The position numbers and the translations under genes were made by a program. Under the pieces are notes generated by a model. That model had not been told where the DNA came from and did not search any database. It saw only the letters and a list, made by a program, of their open reading frames with translations. DNA of 64,000 bases. Source: an uncultured Bacteroidales bacterium (lineage in GTDB: Bacteria > Bacteroidota > Bacteroidia > Bacteroidales > CHK158-818). The DNA is taken from the NCBI GenBank assembly GCA_949300615.1, contig CASGEW010000010.1, positions 391 through 64,390 of the forward strand, in the 5' to 3' direction. Below are positions 17,497 through 25,919 of the stretch, in pieces. Numbering within the stretch: position 1 is the first letter of the stretch; each line of letters starts with the position of its first letter.

Positions 17497-19368
17497 ATGA
17501 ATAGAGAAACGAAAAGATTTACGGAATATGCCCCTGGTAGGACGATGGGGCAGGATGAAAAATCAAACGTTTTCGACTGGGACTTTCCCGAACGTGAGTT
17601 GAGTTATCAAGAACTGTCCGGCTATGGCTCTCCTTCGGAGTACAGCCGATTTGCGGGTAGCGACTCCCCGCTTTCGCAACGGAAATTGCTTGCGTGGCTG
17701 AACGCGCCTCCCTCCGAGGGCGTTACCGGCAGGAGACCGCAAGAGAGCCAGCCTTATGCCGACCTTTCGTGGCGCAATTACGGGACATCGCCCGGTCGTA
17801 CGATCGAACCCGTTACCGTCGGTAGCTCTCCCGAAGAGAATTTTTCGTATTCGGGCCTTTCCCGTTACGCCGATGTGTCCCCCTCGTATAACCGGCAGCC
17901 ATATCCCAATTTCGATGCAGAGCATTGGGAACAGGCTTTCTTGCCGAAAACCGGTAAACGGATGGATTTATTGTCCCATTTCGGGATGCCCGATCCGGAT
18001 ACCGTTGCGCATCGGGTAGCGACGGATACGGACGATTTCCCCGATTACGGGTATTATTACGATACAAAAAGCCAGGCGTGGAAACAGTCTTTTCCGCCGT
18101 CGTACCTGGTAGCTCCCCGCTACCTCCCTCCGGAAGAGACGAAGTCCCAAGATTTGCCGGTATATGCCGGTATCTTTAAAAACTATCTCAACCACAGCGG
18201 GCCTACCGATTTCGTAGAGCTCCCGGTACCCTATGTGCAGGAGGGCGAAGCGGACTTTACCGAGGCGCTCCAACCCAATGATACGCAGGCCCGCAGCCTG
18301 GCCCGCCATTCGTGGAAACAGTATATGTACAAAGAAGCCCCCGAGGCCTATAAGGCGTTGGAATATGCCAAATCCAAGGGCCAAAAGACGGCATGGATTC
18401 CCACGCCCTATTTAGAACAACACGGCATACGGCCGTTAAGTCCCTATGTCTGGCAGAAAGATATCTATGACCAGGCCATGCAAAACAGCGACCATGAACA
18501 GCTGTGGAGCGACTTGACCGGATTGAAGGAGTTTAAATGGGATATGCCTTCGTTGTTTGATGGGTGGATGCATTCCGACCGGAAGTACGAACCTTTTTGG
18601 GCAAAAGAACCCGAAAAATCGCAAAAAAGTATTACTTTTGATGATGTAACCAAGCAGGTCAACAAACTGTGTCTGGAAGACAAGGATAATTTGTTTTTGA
18701 TGGCGCCGTTAGATTCGATAAACAAGGCGTGGCGGTCGCAGTCACCAAGTAAATGTTACGATTTTTGTGTAGATATTGCCAAAAACTTGGGGCAAGCACA
18801 GACCGGTAATTCGGAACGAATTATCCCGTTTACCTATCAGCGAAATCAGACGGGTACGCATTTCTACTATGGAGACAAAGCGGAGAGCTATAAAAGGGCT
18901 ATCAGCGTTATAGACAGGCATCTGTTGAATAAACGGGCTGTCATTATGGGGTTGGATTATAGATTTGATGGAATAAATAAAGATGGAACAGATCATTTTG
19001 TATTGTTGGTGGGGAAGGGGTACGACCCCGAGAGGAAACAATATTACTACCTGTATGCCGATCCCGGACGGAAAACGTTGCAAGGAGGGGTATCGGAAGA
19101 AAACCGAATCTACCTGGACGACAAACGTTGTATCTTGTCCGGGGAAAAAACGGGAAAGACAAACAAGGATTGGAGTAACAACTATGTGTTGACCCATGTC
19201 CGTCCAAACGATGGGAAAGATGAAGAAACCGAAAGTGTAGCAAATATATATAAAGTATTAAGCAACCAAAGTCATGAAGATAAACAACCGTTCGGTTATG
19301 AAAATGGCGATACTATGTTTATTCGCAATTATGATTCTGACAATCTTTACAACAAGTTGTCGAAATAG
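17497..19368 (+). CDS. hypothetical 623-aa protein with a Pro/Tyr/Ser-rich N-half and a possible papain-fold (CHAP/C39-like) C-terminal domain
   Basis: Candidate catalytic Cys420 sits in SPSKCYDFCVDIAKNLG (nt 18754-18756). Candidate His500 sits in GTDHFVLLVGKGYD (nt 18994-18996). The domain call is inference only. Confidence 0.5.
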   Translation: MNRETKRFTEYAPGRTMGQDEKSNVFDWDFPERELSYQELSGYGSPSEYSRFAGSDSPLSQRKLLAWLNAPPSEGVTGRRPQESQPYADLSWRNYGTSPGRTIEPVTVGSSPEENFSYSGLSRYADVSPSYNRQPYPNFDAEHWEQAFLPKTGKRMDLLSHFGMPDPDTVAHRVATDTDDFPDYGYYYDTKSQAWKQSFPPSYLVAPRYLPPEETKSQDLPVYAGIFKNYLNHSGPTDFVELPVPYVQEGEADFTEALQPNDTQARSLARHSWKQYMYKEAPEAYKALEYAKSKGQKTAWIPTPYLEQHGIRPLSPYVWQKDIYDQAMQNSDHEQLWSDLTGLKEFKWDMPSLFDGWMHSDRKYEPFWAKEPEKSQKSITFDDVTKQVNKLCLEDKDNLFLMAPLDSINKAWRSQSPSKCYDFCVDIAKNLGQAQTGNSERIIPFTYQRNQTGTHFYYGDKAESYKRAISVIDRHLLNKRAVIMGLDYRFDGINKDGTDHFVLLVGKGYDPERKQYYYLYADPGRKTLQGGVSEENRIYLDDKRCILSGEKTGKTNKDWSNNYVLTHVRPNDGKDEETESVANIYKVLSNQSHEDKQPFGYENGDTMFIRNYDSDNLYNKLSK

Positions 19369-21034
19369 TACGAAGCCGTCCTCCCCGGTAGAGCCGGACA
19401 GCAGTACCTTGTCTGGGCCGGTAAAGCAAGAGGCCGACATCGTGAGAAATATTTACCGGGACAAGGCGAAGCACATCTTGCTGGATGAGTCGATGTACCG
19501 GAGCCCGGTACCGGGGGTAGGCTTTCCGGATATGGACAGCATGGTATTGGGCGAAGATTATCACAAGAAATTAGCGGCCCTGAATCTGCCCTACTGTTGG
19601 AACAGTAATGATGTTTATCCATTGACATATGATATCGAAGATTACCACCGACACCTTCGGACCGATCTTTTGTACAGCCATAACGCTCCACTTCCCTGGA
19701 AAAACGACGCGATAGGCTTTACCGAATACAACGGCATCAACCGGAGGCCGATAGGAATTTCTTTTGTTATCGACGGGAAGTTCCCTACCAACGGGCCCTA
19801 CCAGTTTTTGACGGGTATCTTTAATACAGAATGTCAGGGAACTAGTTTCTGCCGGTTTTATTACACCTATACGTACGACGGGAAGTTGATAGATATGTTG
19901 CCGACCTTCTACACCCGACTTTGGGGCATCATGACAGAATCGGAGGTACTGCCCGATTTGTCGATACGCAAAACCTCCATTCAGGTGGATCGGGTGGAAT
20001 TTACCATGCCCGATACAACGGGATATACGGATGAAGACTTTATAATGGATCCTCCTATCGATGAAAGAAGTAATTACAACGATACTCTTTTGGGTCGCCG
20101 GATAGACAGCTATTACCAGCTGACGCCGGATGGCCGTTTCGAGTTGCGCCGGCAGTTGGAGTATCCCCGAAGAGAGTACACGATAACACAATTGTATAAA
20201 TTAGACAGTCTGAATTATGTAAATAAAAGAACGGGAAGGCAGGTAAACGTTATCGATATCATTCCCCAGGACAGCAGCCGGGCCCGCTGGACGTTGGACA
20301 TGGATCGTCGATACCTTCCCCCCGGCGGCCGGCACAACCGCTCTACCGAAGATCTGACGGTAACGGGGAGCGATCGTCCCGACATCCGTTACCCGTTGCA
20401 AGAGAGTATCCCCTTCGACACACTCTTCCTGGGCCGTATCGGCTGGGCACAACTGCCCTTCTATGCGGACACGGCCGGCGTCCCCCCCAGCCGCTGGTAC
20501 CGGGATCGAAGCACCGTCTCGCCGGGCCGTCCGTCAGTAGATTTAAGCAACTTCCCCTCGATAGCCGTCGATGAGTTCGGCCAGGCCATCAAGACCGGAT
20601 TGCCCGACACGATCACCTCCCCGCTCATCCGCCTCGACTACCTGTTACCCAGCAACGGCCCCTACCTGTTTGTTTACGGCACCTACGGCACCCCCCGCGA
20701 GCCCTACTGGGGATACTACGCCACATTCGACCCGAAGAGCGGTCGGTTGATAGACCACCTGTTAGCCAAAGAGTGGGGCATGGGCATGACCACGTTAGAG
20801 AGCGAAGTCAGTACAGACTTACGAATTCGTACCACCCAGATCAACTTTTTCGACACCTACCGTTTCAGCACCCCCGGGCAGCCGCTCCGAGGCCAGCGTA
20901 TAGACCGTTACTACCGGTTGACGCCCGAAGGCAAGTTCGAGCCGGAGCGGACAGACCGTTATTCGGTACGTCCGTACGACATCACCGAGCTGGAACACAC
21001 CCGTCTGTACGAAACCGCCGAAACCCCGGAATAG
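19298..21034 (+). CDS. lipoprotein with an internally duplicated domain
   Basis: Signal MKMAILCLFAIMILTIFTTSC; the ORF could also start at 19274. Two homologous halves (about aa 165-310 and 453-580) share LP(T/S)NGPY...G(K/R)LID...SEV..DL(S/R)IR(K/T)T.I......RID.YY.LTP.G.FE. It overlaps the upstream ORF by ~70 nt. Confidence 0.7.
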   Translation: MKMAILCLFAIMILTIFTTSCRNSTKPSSPVEPDSSTLSGPVKQEADIVRNIYRDKAKHILLDESMYRSPVPGVGFPDMDSMVLGEDYHKKLAALNLPYCWNSNDVYPLTYDIEDYHRHLRTDLLYSHNAPLPWKNDAIGFTEYNGINRRPIGISFVIDGKFPTNGPYQFLTGIFNTECQGTSFCRFYYTYTYDGKLIDMLPTFYTRLWGIMTESEVLPDLSIRKTSIQVDRVEFTMPDTTGYTDEDFIMDPPIDERSNYNDTLLGRRIDSYYQLTPDGRFELRRQLEYPRREYTITQLYKLDSLNYVNKRTGRQVNVIDIIPQDSSRARWTLDMDRRYLPPGGRHNRSTEDLTVTGSDRPDIRYPLQESIPFDTLFLGRIGWAQLPFYADTAGVPPSRWYRDRSTVSPGRPSVDLSNFPSIAVDEFGQAIKTGLPDTITSPLIRLDYLLPSNGPYLFVYGTYGTPREPYWGYYATFDPKSGRLIDHLLAKEWGMGMTTLESEVSTDLRIRTTQINFFDTYRFSTPGQPLRGQRIDRYYRLTPEGKFEPERTDRYSVRPYDITELEHTRLYETAETPE

Positions 21035-21043
21035 TTTAGAAAT

Positions 21044-21082
21044 AAAAAAAGAAGAGATTGTATCGGCAATCTCTTCTTTTTT
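21044..21082. terminator. bidirectional intrinsic terminator
   Basis: The element reads A7-gaagagattg-tatcgg-caatctcttc-T6, between the end of locus A (21034) and the mscL stop (21087). Confidence 0.8.
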
Positions 21083-21086
21083 ATAC

Positions 21087-21518
21087 CTATTTTTTATTTT
21101 GCAACAGGTCGCGAATCTGGGTCAGTAGTTGTACCTCTTCGCTTGGCGGAGGTGGTGTGGCGGGGGTCTCTTCTTTTTTGCGCGAAAGTTTCCCCATCAA
21201 TTTAATCAGGAGGAATATGGCAAACGAGATGATCAAGAAATCGACCGTAACCTGGATAAAATTCCCATAGTTCAGCGTAACGGCCGGGACCGTTTCGCCT
21301 GCGGCATTGACCGATGCGTGGGCAAGGGTAATTTTCAGGTTGGTGAAGTTGATACCGCCCAACAGCAATCCGACAACCGGCATGATGAGGTCAGAGACGG
21401 CCGATGATACGATCTTGCCGAACGCGGCCCCGATAATGATACCCACGGCCATGTCTATCACGTTGCCGCGCATGATAAACTTTTTGAAATCCGAAATGAA
21501 TGGAGACTGTTTCATCAT
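21087..21518 (-). CDS. mscL: large-conductance mechanosensitive channel
   Basis: 143 aa. [40 protein letters not shown] is the canonical MscL N-terminus. Confidence 0.95.
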   Translation of the reverse strand: MMKQSPFISDFKKFIMRGNVIDMAVGIIIGAAFGKIVSSAVSDLIMPVVGLLLGGINFTNLKITLAHASVNAAGETVPAVTLNYGNFIQVTVDFLIISFAIFLLIKLMGKLSRKKEETPATPPPPSEEVQLLTQIRDLLQNKK

Positions 21519-21554
21519 ATCAAGAAAACAGTTTGGAAAGGAAAAAGTTTGGTG

Positions 21555-22412
21555 TTATCCGTAACAAATTTCGCCTTTTTCATTGCGGTATTCGTCGAAA
21601 CTCTTGTTGTATTGCGTCATGGCCCGGAGGCTCATGCCCATGCTCGAAAATCCGCCGTCGTGGTAGAGGTTCTGCATGGTAACTTTCCGGGTCAGGTCGG
21701 AGAACATGACGATACAGTAGTCGGCACATTCGTCGGCATTGGCATTGCCCAGCGGCGACATCCGGTTCGAGAAATCCATCAGCGACTCCATCCCTTTTAC
21801 TCCGCTACCGGCCGTTGTCATGGTAGGCGACTGGGAGATGGTATTGATGCGGACATTCTTTTCGCGGCCGTAAATGTAGCCGAAGCTGCGGGCGATGGAT
21901 TCAAGCAGCGCTTTGGCGTCGGCCATGTCGTTGTACCCGAAAAGCGTACGTTGTGCCGCTACATAAGACAGGGCCAGGATAGAACCTCCTTCGGCGATGG
22001 CATCCATCTTTTTGGCCGTTTGTATCATTTTGTGAAAGGAGATGGCCGATATGTCGAGCGTTTTGTTGAGCATATCGTAATCGAGGTCGTCGTAGGGGCG
22101 TTTCTTGCGCACGTTCGGCGACATCCCGATGGAGTGGAGCACGAAGTCTATTTTCCCTCCCAAAATCTCCATCGATTTGCAAAATACCATTTCCAGGTCT
22201 TCTACGTTGGTAGCATCGGCCGGGATGACCTCTGCGTTGAGTTTCTTTCCCAGCGAGGATACCTCGCCCATACGTACGGCTACCGGAGTGTTGGACAGGG
22301 TGATGGTGGCACCCTCCTCTACGGCACGTTCGGCAACTTTCCAGGCAATGGACATTTCGTTGAGGGCTCCGAAAATGACCCCTCTTTTCCCTTTTAATAG
22401 ATTATAGCTCAT
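21555..22412 (-). CDS. fabI: enoyl-[acyl-carrier-protein] reductase (NADH)
   Basis: 285 aa. It begins LKGKRGVIFGALNEMSIAWKVAERA and contains ...LSYVAAQR...; SDR FabI pattern. Confidence 0.95.
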   Translation of the reverse strand: MSYNLLKGKRGVIFGALNEMSIAWKVAERAVEEGATITLSNTPVAVRMGEVSSLGKKLNAEVIPADATNVEDLEMVFCKSMEILGGKIDFVLHSIGMSPNVRKKRPYDDLDYDMLNKTLDISAISFHKMIQTAKKMDAIAEGGSILALSYVAAQRTLFGYNDMADAKALLESIARSFGYIYGREKNVRINTISQSPTMTTAGSGVKGMESLMDFSNRMSPLGNANADECADYCIVMFSDLTRKVTMQNLYHDGGFSSMGMSLRAMTQYNKSFDEYRNEKGEICYG

Positions 22413-22471
22413 GAGCTTGTTTTTTTAGTTTGTTTTTATGGCAAATGAGTTTCATTGCCAATTTCGGGGGG

Positions 22472-22479
22472 CAAAGATA
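22472..22479 (-). promoter_or_regulatory. -7 box (TATCTTTG on the minus strand) for fabI
   Basis: caaagata on the plus strand, 60 nt upstream of the fabI ATG (22412). Confidence 0.45.
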
Positions 22480-22599
22480 GAAATATCTTTTATAATGACA
22501 ATCAAGGATATTCTTCTTCGGTATATTTATCAGAAAAATAAAAAAACGTTTTTTTTACTTTTTATCGGCTTAAATCGTCTGTTTTTTGAAAGAATCTTT

Positions 22600-22607
22600 T
22601 ATCTTTG
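22600..22607 (+). promoter_or_regulatory. -7 box TATCTTTG for the ROK kinase gene
   Basis: Matches TAnnTTTG, 38 nt upstream of the ATG at 22645. Confidence 0.5.
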
Positions 22608-22644
22608 CCCTAACACAAATTTAATAATATATAAAACACACAAA

Positions 22645-23610
22645 ATGACCATGAGCAAACCTTATGTAGTCGGAATAGATATTGGTGGAACCAATACCGT
22701 ATTCGGCATTGTAGATGCCCGTGGAACCATCATCGCAAGTGGTTCTATCAAAACGCAAAAGTATAGTGAAGTTGAAGATTACGTAAAAAACCTTTCCGAA
22801 GAACTGACCAAATTGATCGTTCAGGAAAAGGTGGCAGACCAGATTACCGGTATCGGTGTGGGTGCTCCTAACGGAAACTACTATACCGGAACAATAGAAT
22901 TTGCTCCCAATCTGCCGTGGAAAGGCGTTGTACCTTTGGCTCAGATGCTTTCAGAAAAAACAGGTTACCCCGTATCGTTGACCAACGACGCCAATGCAGC
23001 GGCCATCGGTGAAATGACCTACGGAGCAGCCCGCGGTATCAAAGACTTTATCATGATTACCCTCGGAACAGGAGTAGGTAGCGGTATCGTTATAAACGGA
23101 CAGTTGGTATATGGCCACGACGGGTTTGCCGGCGAGCTGGGCCACGTGATTATGCGTCGCGGAAACGGCCGCTTGTGCGGTTGCGGACGTACCGGATGTC
23201 TGGAAGCATACGCTTCGGCTACGGGTGTGGCTCGTACAGCACGCGAATTCCTCGAAATACGGAACGAACAGAGTTTGTTGCGTCAAATTCCCATCCAGGA
23301 CATCACCTCCAAAGATGTATACGACGCTGCCATTGCCGGCGATAAAATGGCTGCTGAAATCTTTGAATATACCGGAAATATGTTGGGAGAAGCCTTTGCT
23401 GACTTCGTAGCATTTTCAAGTCCCAAGGCAATCGTTATTTTCGGCGGTTTGGCAAAATCGGGCGAATTGATTATGAAACCCATTCGCGAATCGTTGGATC
23501 GTAACATCCTGCCTATTTACCGAGGCAAAGTAAAAGTAATTCCCTCAGAATTGAAAGAGAGCGATGCCGCCGTATTGGGCGCAAGCGCACTGGGCTGGGA
23601 AGCAAAATAA
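22645..23610 (+). CDS. ROK-family sugar kinase (glucokinase-like)
   Basis: MTMSKPYVVGIDIGGTNTVFGIVD (ATP-binding DxGGT) and the ROK zinc motif GHVIMRRGNGRLCGCGRTGCLE. The track ORF start at 22438 is an upstream extension through the promoter region. Confidence 0.9.
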   Translation: MTMSKPYVVGIDIGGTNTVFGIVDARGTIIASGSIKTQKYSEVEDYVKNLSEELTKLIVQEKVADQITGIGVGAPNGNYYTGTIEFAPNLPWKGVVPLAQMLSEKTGYPVSLTNDANAAAIGEMTYGAARGIKDFIMITLGTGVGSGIVINGQLVYGHDGFAGELGHVIMRRGNGRLCGCGRTGCLEAYASATGVARTAREFLEIRNEQSLLRQIPIQDITSKDVYDAAIAGDKMAAEIFEYTGNMLGEAFADFVAFSSPKAIVIFGGLAKSGELIMKPIRESLDRNILPIYRGKVKVIPSELKESDAAVLGASALGWEAK

Positions 23611-23643
23611 CGACCAAAACTTTTCTTAATTATCTGTAAAAGG

Positions 23644-23678
23644 GGCTGTCTGACGTAAGTCGGGTGGCCTCTTTTTTT
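23644..23678 (+). terminator. intrinsic terminator of the ROK kinase gene
   Basis: The RNA stem GGCUGUCUGAC-GUAA-GUCGGGUGGCC has 11 bp including G-U pairs, followed by UCUUUUUUU. Confidence 0.7.
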
Positions 23679-23707
23679 GTAGGATTCTCCCAAATAGAGA
23701 GACATCG

Positions 23708-23716
23708 CCCCCCCCC
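23708..23716. repeat. C9 homopolymer tract in the terminase 5' region
   Basis: cgCCCCCCCCCgcgggg; it sits inside the palindrome ccccgcgggg, 95 nt upstream of the ATG at 23811. Confidence 0.9.
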
Positions 23717-23754
23717 GCGGGGAGTTTCTGTTTTTTTCTCATGTTGCCGGGTTG

Positions 23755-23762
23755 TCATAACA
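23755..23762 (+). promoter_or_regulatory. degenerate copy (TCATAACA) of the TTTTATAACA motif
   Basis: It matches 7 of the last 8 positions of the 10-mer (8 of 10 overall). It lies 49 nt upstream of the terminase ATG. Confidence 0.2.
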
Positions 23763-23810
23763 TCGGGATAAGAACCGTTTTTCGTTTTTTTGTCTGTAAA
23801 TGATAAGGAA

Positions 23811-25814
23811 ATGAAAGATGTTGATATAGAAAATATTATAAAAGAAAACAATCGTAGGTTGTCGGTTTTGTCCGAGGTATATGATCCCGTATCGGGAGAA
23901 GGTTGTTATGGCAAGGAGCGTCTTGTTTTATCTTTGTCCGACGCACCGATCCCCCGGCAGTACATCCCGGTAAAGATGGCACAGGAGTCAATCCTGATAC
24001 AACAGTTGCTGTGTACGGGCTCCATCGGAGAATATGTATCGAGCGTGTTGGAACACCCTGATGGAGAATCAATCCGGGAACAGGTCTGGAAAAAGATTGT
24101 AGAAACCCGTATCCGTTACGATTTCGAGTTCTGGGCGGCAATGTTCGTCGAGATAAAAGACAAGCAGAGCGATAGCGATATCCCTTTTGTTTTGAATCGT
24201 CCCCAACGGCGGTTGTTGGCATCGTTCGAGCAGATGAGAGAGCAGGAGAAACCCATCCGAGTCGTTCTTCTGAAAGCCCGTCAGTGGGGCGGTTCGACGC
24301 TGGTGCAAATCTATATGGCGTGGATACAGCTGGTACACCGTCGGAACTGGAACAGCGTGATTTGTGCCCATCTCAAAGACAGTGCCGCCAATATCAAGGG
24401 GATGTATGCCAAGCTGTTAGAGCGTTATCCGCCGTGGTTGCTGGGTACGGACGGGCCGGTAAAATTCCATCCTTACGAACGCAGTGTCAATACCTCAGTC
24501 ATTAAACAAACCGGATGCCGGGTAACGATCGGATCGGCCGAAACGCCCGAGTCGATACGGGGGGCCGACGCTGTTATGGCCCATTTGTCGGAGGTGGCCT
24601 TTTGGCCCCGTACCCGGCAAAAGTCGCCCGAACAGTTGATCCGTTCCGTTTGCGGGTCGGTAGCCTTGTTGCCCTATTCCGTCGTTGTGCTGGAAAGTAC
24701 GGCCAACGGTACGGGGAACTATTTCCACCGTGAGTGCGAACGGGCCAAACGGGGCGAAAGCGACAAACAGTTTCTCTTTGTCCCGTGGTATGAAATAGAG
24801 ATGTATTCCTCACCGATAGCAGATTACGAAGCCTTCATCGAGGCAATGGATGATTATGAACATTTCCTGTGGGAGCAGGGGGCCACACTCGAAGCCATAC
24901 ACTGGTACCGGCAGAAACGGAGGGAGTATCCCGAGCACGCCGACATGATGGCAGAATATCCGTCAGACGATGTAGAGGCCTTTACCTATTCGGGCGAGCG
25001 GGTGTTCGACGTCAAACAGGTACAGCGTTTGCGTAAAAACTGCATCGACCCTGAGTTTGTCGGGGAGGTATATGGCCGGGCGTCGCACGGGAAAGAGGCG
25101 TTGGAAGATTTGAAATTCAGCGCCGAGCCGGGAGGGTTGTTGGCTGTTTGGTCGATGCCTGCCGACGAACACAACGTACGGGACCGTTACGTTACCGTAG
25201 TCGATATCGGGGGACGTTCCTGTAAAGCCGACTATTCGGTTATCGTCGTCTTTGACCGTTACTGGATGATGTTTGGCGGAGTGCCTGAAATCGTGGCGCA
25301 GTGGCGCGGGCATACCGACCACGACCTGTTGGCATGGAAAGCCGTTCAGATAGCCTCGTTTTACCATCGCTCCCTGTTGGTGATAGAGAGTAACACCCTG
25401 GAAACAGAAAATACCGATGGCGAACATTCCGAATATATTCTCGATACCATCGCCTCGGTCTATGACCGGCTGTATGCCCGGGCCACCGCAGGACAGATTC
25501 GGGAAAACCTACCCACCCGTTGGGGATTTCACATGAACCGTTCTACCAAGACGTTGATTATCAACCATCAGATCAATATGTTGCGAGAGAACGGATACAT
25601 TGAACGCGACCTGTTGGCCTGTTACGAGCACGATGTGTTTGAAAAGAAACCGAACGGCAGTTTCGGGGCCATGGACGGGCATCACGACGATGTGCTGATA
25701 ACCCGTTGCATAGGCAATTATGTATGTTATACCGAGCCGTTGCCCGCGTTTGTTGCTGAACGGGAAAAGAAAAAAGAGAATCCCGGATTTCCCGTGAGCG
25801 AGGCCTCTTTTTGA
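23811..25814 (+). CDS. phage terminase large subunit (locus B, stand-alone)
   Basis: The track ORF starts at a TTG (23790); the first ATG is at 23811. It has an ATPase motif LLKARQWGGSTLV (terminase Walker-A-like K-x-R-Q-x-G-x-S). Its nuclease-type acidic motifs are YVTVVDIGGRSCKADYSVIVVFD and GHHDDVLITRCIG. Length about 667 aa. Confidence 0.75.
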   Translation: MKDVDIENIIKENNRRLSVLSEVYDPVSGEGCYGKERLVLSLSDAPIPRQYIPVKMAQESILIQQLLCTGSIGEYVSSVLEHPDGESIREQVWKKIVETRIRYDFEFWAAMFVEIKDKQSDSDIPFVLNRPQRRLLASFEQMREQEKPIRVVLLKARQWGGSTLVQIYMAWIQLVHRRNWNSVICAHLKDSAANIKGMYAKLLERYPPWLLGTDGPVKFHPYERSVNTSVIKQTGCRVTIGSAETPESIRGADAVMAHLSEVAFWPRTRQKSPEQLIRSVCGSVALLPYSVVVLESTANGTGNYFHRECERAKRGESDKQFLFVPWYEIEMYSSPIADYEAFIEAMDDYEHFLWEQGATLEAIHWYRQKRREYPEHADMMAEYPSDDVEAFTYSGERVFDVKQVQRLRKNCIDPEFVGEVYGRASHGKEALEDLKFSAEPGGLLAVWSMPADEHNVRDRYVTVVDIGGRSCKADYSVIVVFDRYWMMFGGVPEIVAQWRGHTDHDLLAWKAVQIASFYHRSLLVIESNTLETENTDGEHSEYILDTIASVYDRLYARATAGQIRENLPTRWGFHMNRSTKTLIINHQINMLRENGYIERDLLACYEHDVFEKKPNGSFGAMDGHHDDVLITRCIGNYVCYTEPLPAFVAEREKKKENPGFPVSEASF

Positions 25815-25821
25815 ACCGCTT

Positions 25822-25842
25822 GCCGGTGTCGGCTGTTTTTTT
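25822..25842 (+). terminator. weak stem plus T7 after the terminase gene
   Basis: A 4-bp stem (gccg-gtgt-cggc) followed by tgttttttt. Confidence 0.3.
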
Positions 25843-25878
25843 CTTGGCCAGAAAATTGAATGAAAAGCCAATAACGTT

Positions 25879-25886
25879 TATTTTTG
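25879..25886 (+). promoter_or_regulatory. -7 box TATTTTTG for copA
   Basis: Matches TAnnTTTG, 34 nt upstream of the ATG at 25920. Confidence 0.5.
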
Positions 25887-25919
25887 TATCCTTATGTGGA
25901 ATCGAAATAAATAATAGAA

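Larger units (their letters stand above)
8659..21034 (+). other. phage-derived locus A (head, fibre, lysis and accessory genes)
   Basis: Twelve co-directional, tightly spaced ORFs lie between the fumarase gene (-) and mscL (-). The block ends in a bidirectional terminator. No integrase or att-like repeats are present. Confidence 0.7.

Noticed and set aside
17497-21034. 623-aa/586-aa overlapping pair as an i-spanin/o-spanin pair
   Set aside because: The overlap plus lipoprotein architecture is suggestive. However, both proteins are about ten times larger than spanins, and the upstream protein lacks the N-terminal TM anchor.
8406-21086. Conventional integrated prophage with att sites
   Set aside because: No integrase or recombinase is present. 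No tRNA lies at either edge, and I could find no direct repeats at the borders. The right border is only a 52-nt terminator shared with mscL. Terminase and portal genes are elsewhere.
21549-22397. 282-aa plus-strand ORF
   Set aside because: It is antisense to fabI, whose identity is clear.
22438-22644. N-terminal extensions of track ORFs. Besides this one, others start at 33523, 53999, 44491, 6209, 34458, 47368 and 23790.
   Set aside because: The extensions run through promoter-like AT-rich DNA. Several begin at TTG codons translated as M in the track: 6209, 23790, 34458, 47368 and 53999. Downstream ATGs give canonical N-termini or signal peptides.
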